Below are positions 45,125 through 45,733 of a stretch of 45,733 nt of DNA, piece after piece. The stretch's first letter is position 1; every line of letters starts with the position of its first letter. Source of the DNA: a virus. Lineage: Duplodnaviria > Caudoviricetes. Position numbers and translations under genes: made by a program. A model generated the notes under the pieces. It ran no database searches. It saw only the letters and a program-made list of their open reading frames with translations, and had not been told where the DNA came from. The stretch is from the IMG/VR virus record IMGVR_UViG_3300012349_000008, positions 1 to 45,733 of that record; one strand, written 5' to 3'.

Positions 45125-45258
45125 AATTCCCCTCTGTATGCCTCTGTAATGAGGGTAACATTTACAGAGGTGTCTACCCCTTCAGGAGGATATTAAATAC
45201 ACTGGTGGCCTCAGCAAGGGGATAGAAATTTAATCTATTATGTAGAAGGGTTGAGAGT

Positions 45259-45576
45259 ATGAAAGAGAAAGTCCTTGGAGAATGGATTACTGCCCTGAAG
45301 AGTGGAATGTATACTCAACTCCGCAATCGTCTAGAAGACAGAGAGAGAGATAATACTTACTGTTGTCTAGGAGTATTGAGTGTAGTGACTTCGCATAGGT
45401 CTCCTAGTGGACATCTGATGTATCCTGACTGTGATTTCTATTCTGATATCCCACCAGTATGTAGAGAAGAGGACTCTATACTCTGTATTCCTCTGAATGA
45501 TGAAGGACCTCTGGATAACTACTCTCGTGTTGTATGGTTACTCGAGACAGCTCCGGAGTTATTCATTAGTGAGTAG
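45259..45576 (+). CDS. Hypothetical protein with W--AL-SG-Y-Q...CCLGVL motif
   Basis: Motif familiar from small phage early proteins of unknown function. Confidence 0.7.
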   Translation: MKEKVLGEWITALKSGMYTQLRNRLEDRERDNTYCCLGVLSVVTSHRSPSGHLMYPDCDFYSDIPPVCREEDSILCIPLNDEGPLDNYSRVVWLLETAPELFISE

Positions 45577-45733
45577 TATTACAGTAATACTCATTGAGTA
45601 GGAAGTGAGGTAGAGTATTGAGGCTTGAGGGCTATCCTACGATACAAGAGAACTAGAGAGGAAAGACTCTATATATCTATATATCATAGAGAGAGAATAG
45701 AAATGTGTTGAAGTGGAGTAATATACTGGGGGA

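Noticed and set aside
45127-45222. Pistol ribozyme, suggested by a hairpin-loop pseudoknot and TTAAATA
   Set aside because: The element order does not match the pistol consensus; kept only as an unclassified structure.

Overview
AT-rich, apparently near-complete ~45.7 kb genome of a tailed dsDNA phage with podovirus-like organisation. No integrase, tRNA or CRISPR array was seen. Layout: (i) 71-3563 (-), small accessory genes including an ECF-sigma-like ORF; (ii) 3725-34331 (+), packaging and virion module: terminase, portal (interrupted by one in-frame TAA), scaffold, N4-gp56-type major capsid with an Ig-like insertion, ejection proteins, tail nozzle and adaptor, and LamG, beta-helix, Fn3 and discoidin proteins; (iii) 34324-41837 (-), replication module: AAA helicase, a family A DNA polymerase split into a UDG-exonuclease gene and a polymerase gene, and an ERF annealing protein; (iv) 42260-45733, an AT-rich control region and a (+) early operon. 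The main finding is a strong sigma70 promoter at 42578 that drives a ~280-nt highly structured non-coding leader. The leader ends in a type III hammerhead ribozyme (42837-42888) whose stem III covers the ribosome-binding site of the first early gene. Self-cleavage would release a ~230-nt rod-like RNA and could unmask translation. Other notable points are a shared C-terminal SWMGDI(S/A)R motif on the large terminase and the head-tail adaptor, two signal-peptide Fn3 proteins inside the head module, a sigma54-type site, and an operator-studded promoter inserted among the ejection-protein genes. All calls come from reading motifs by eye; no searches or folding programs were run.
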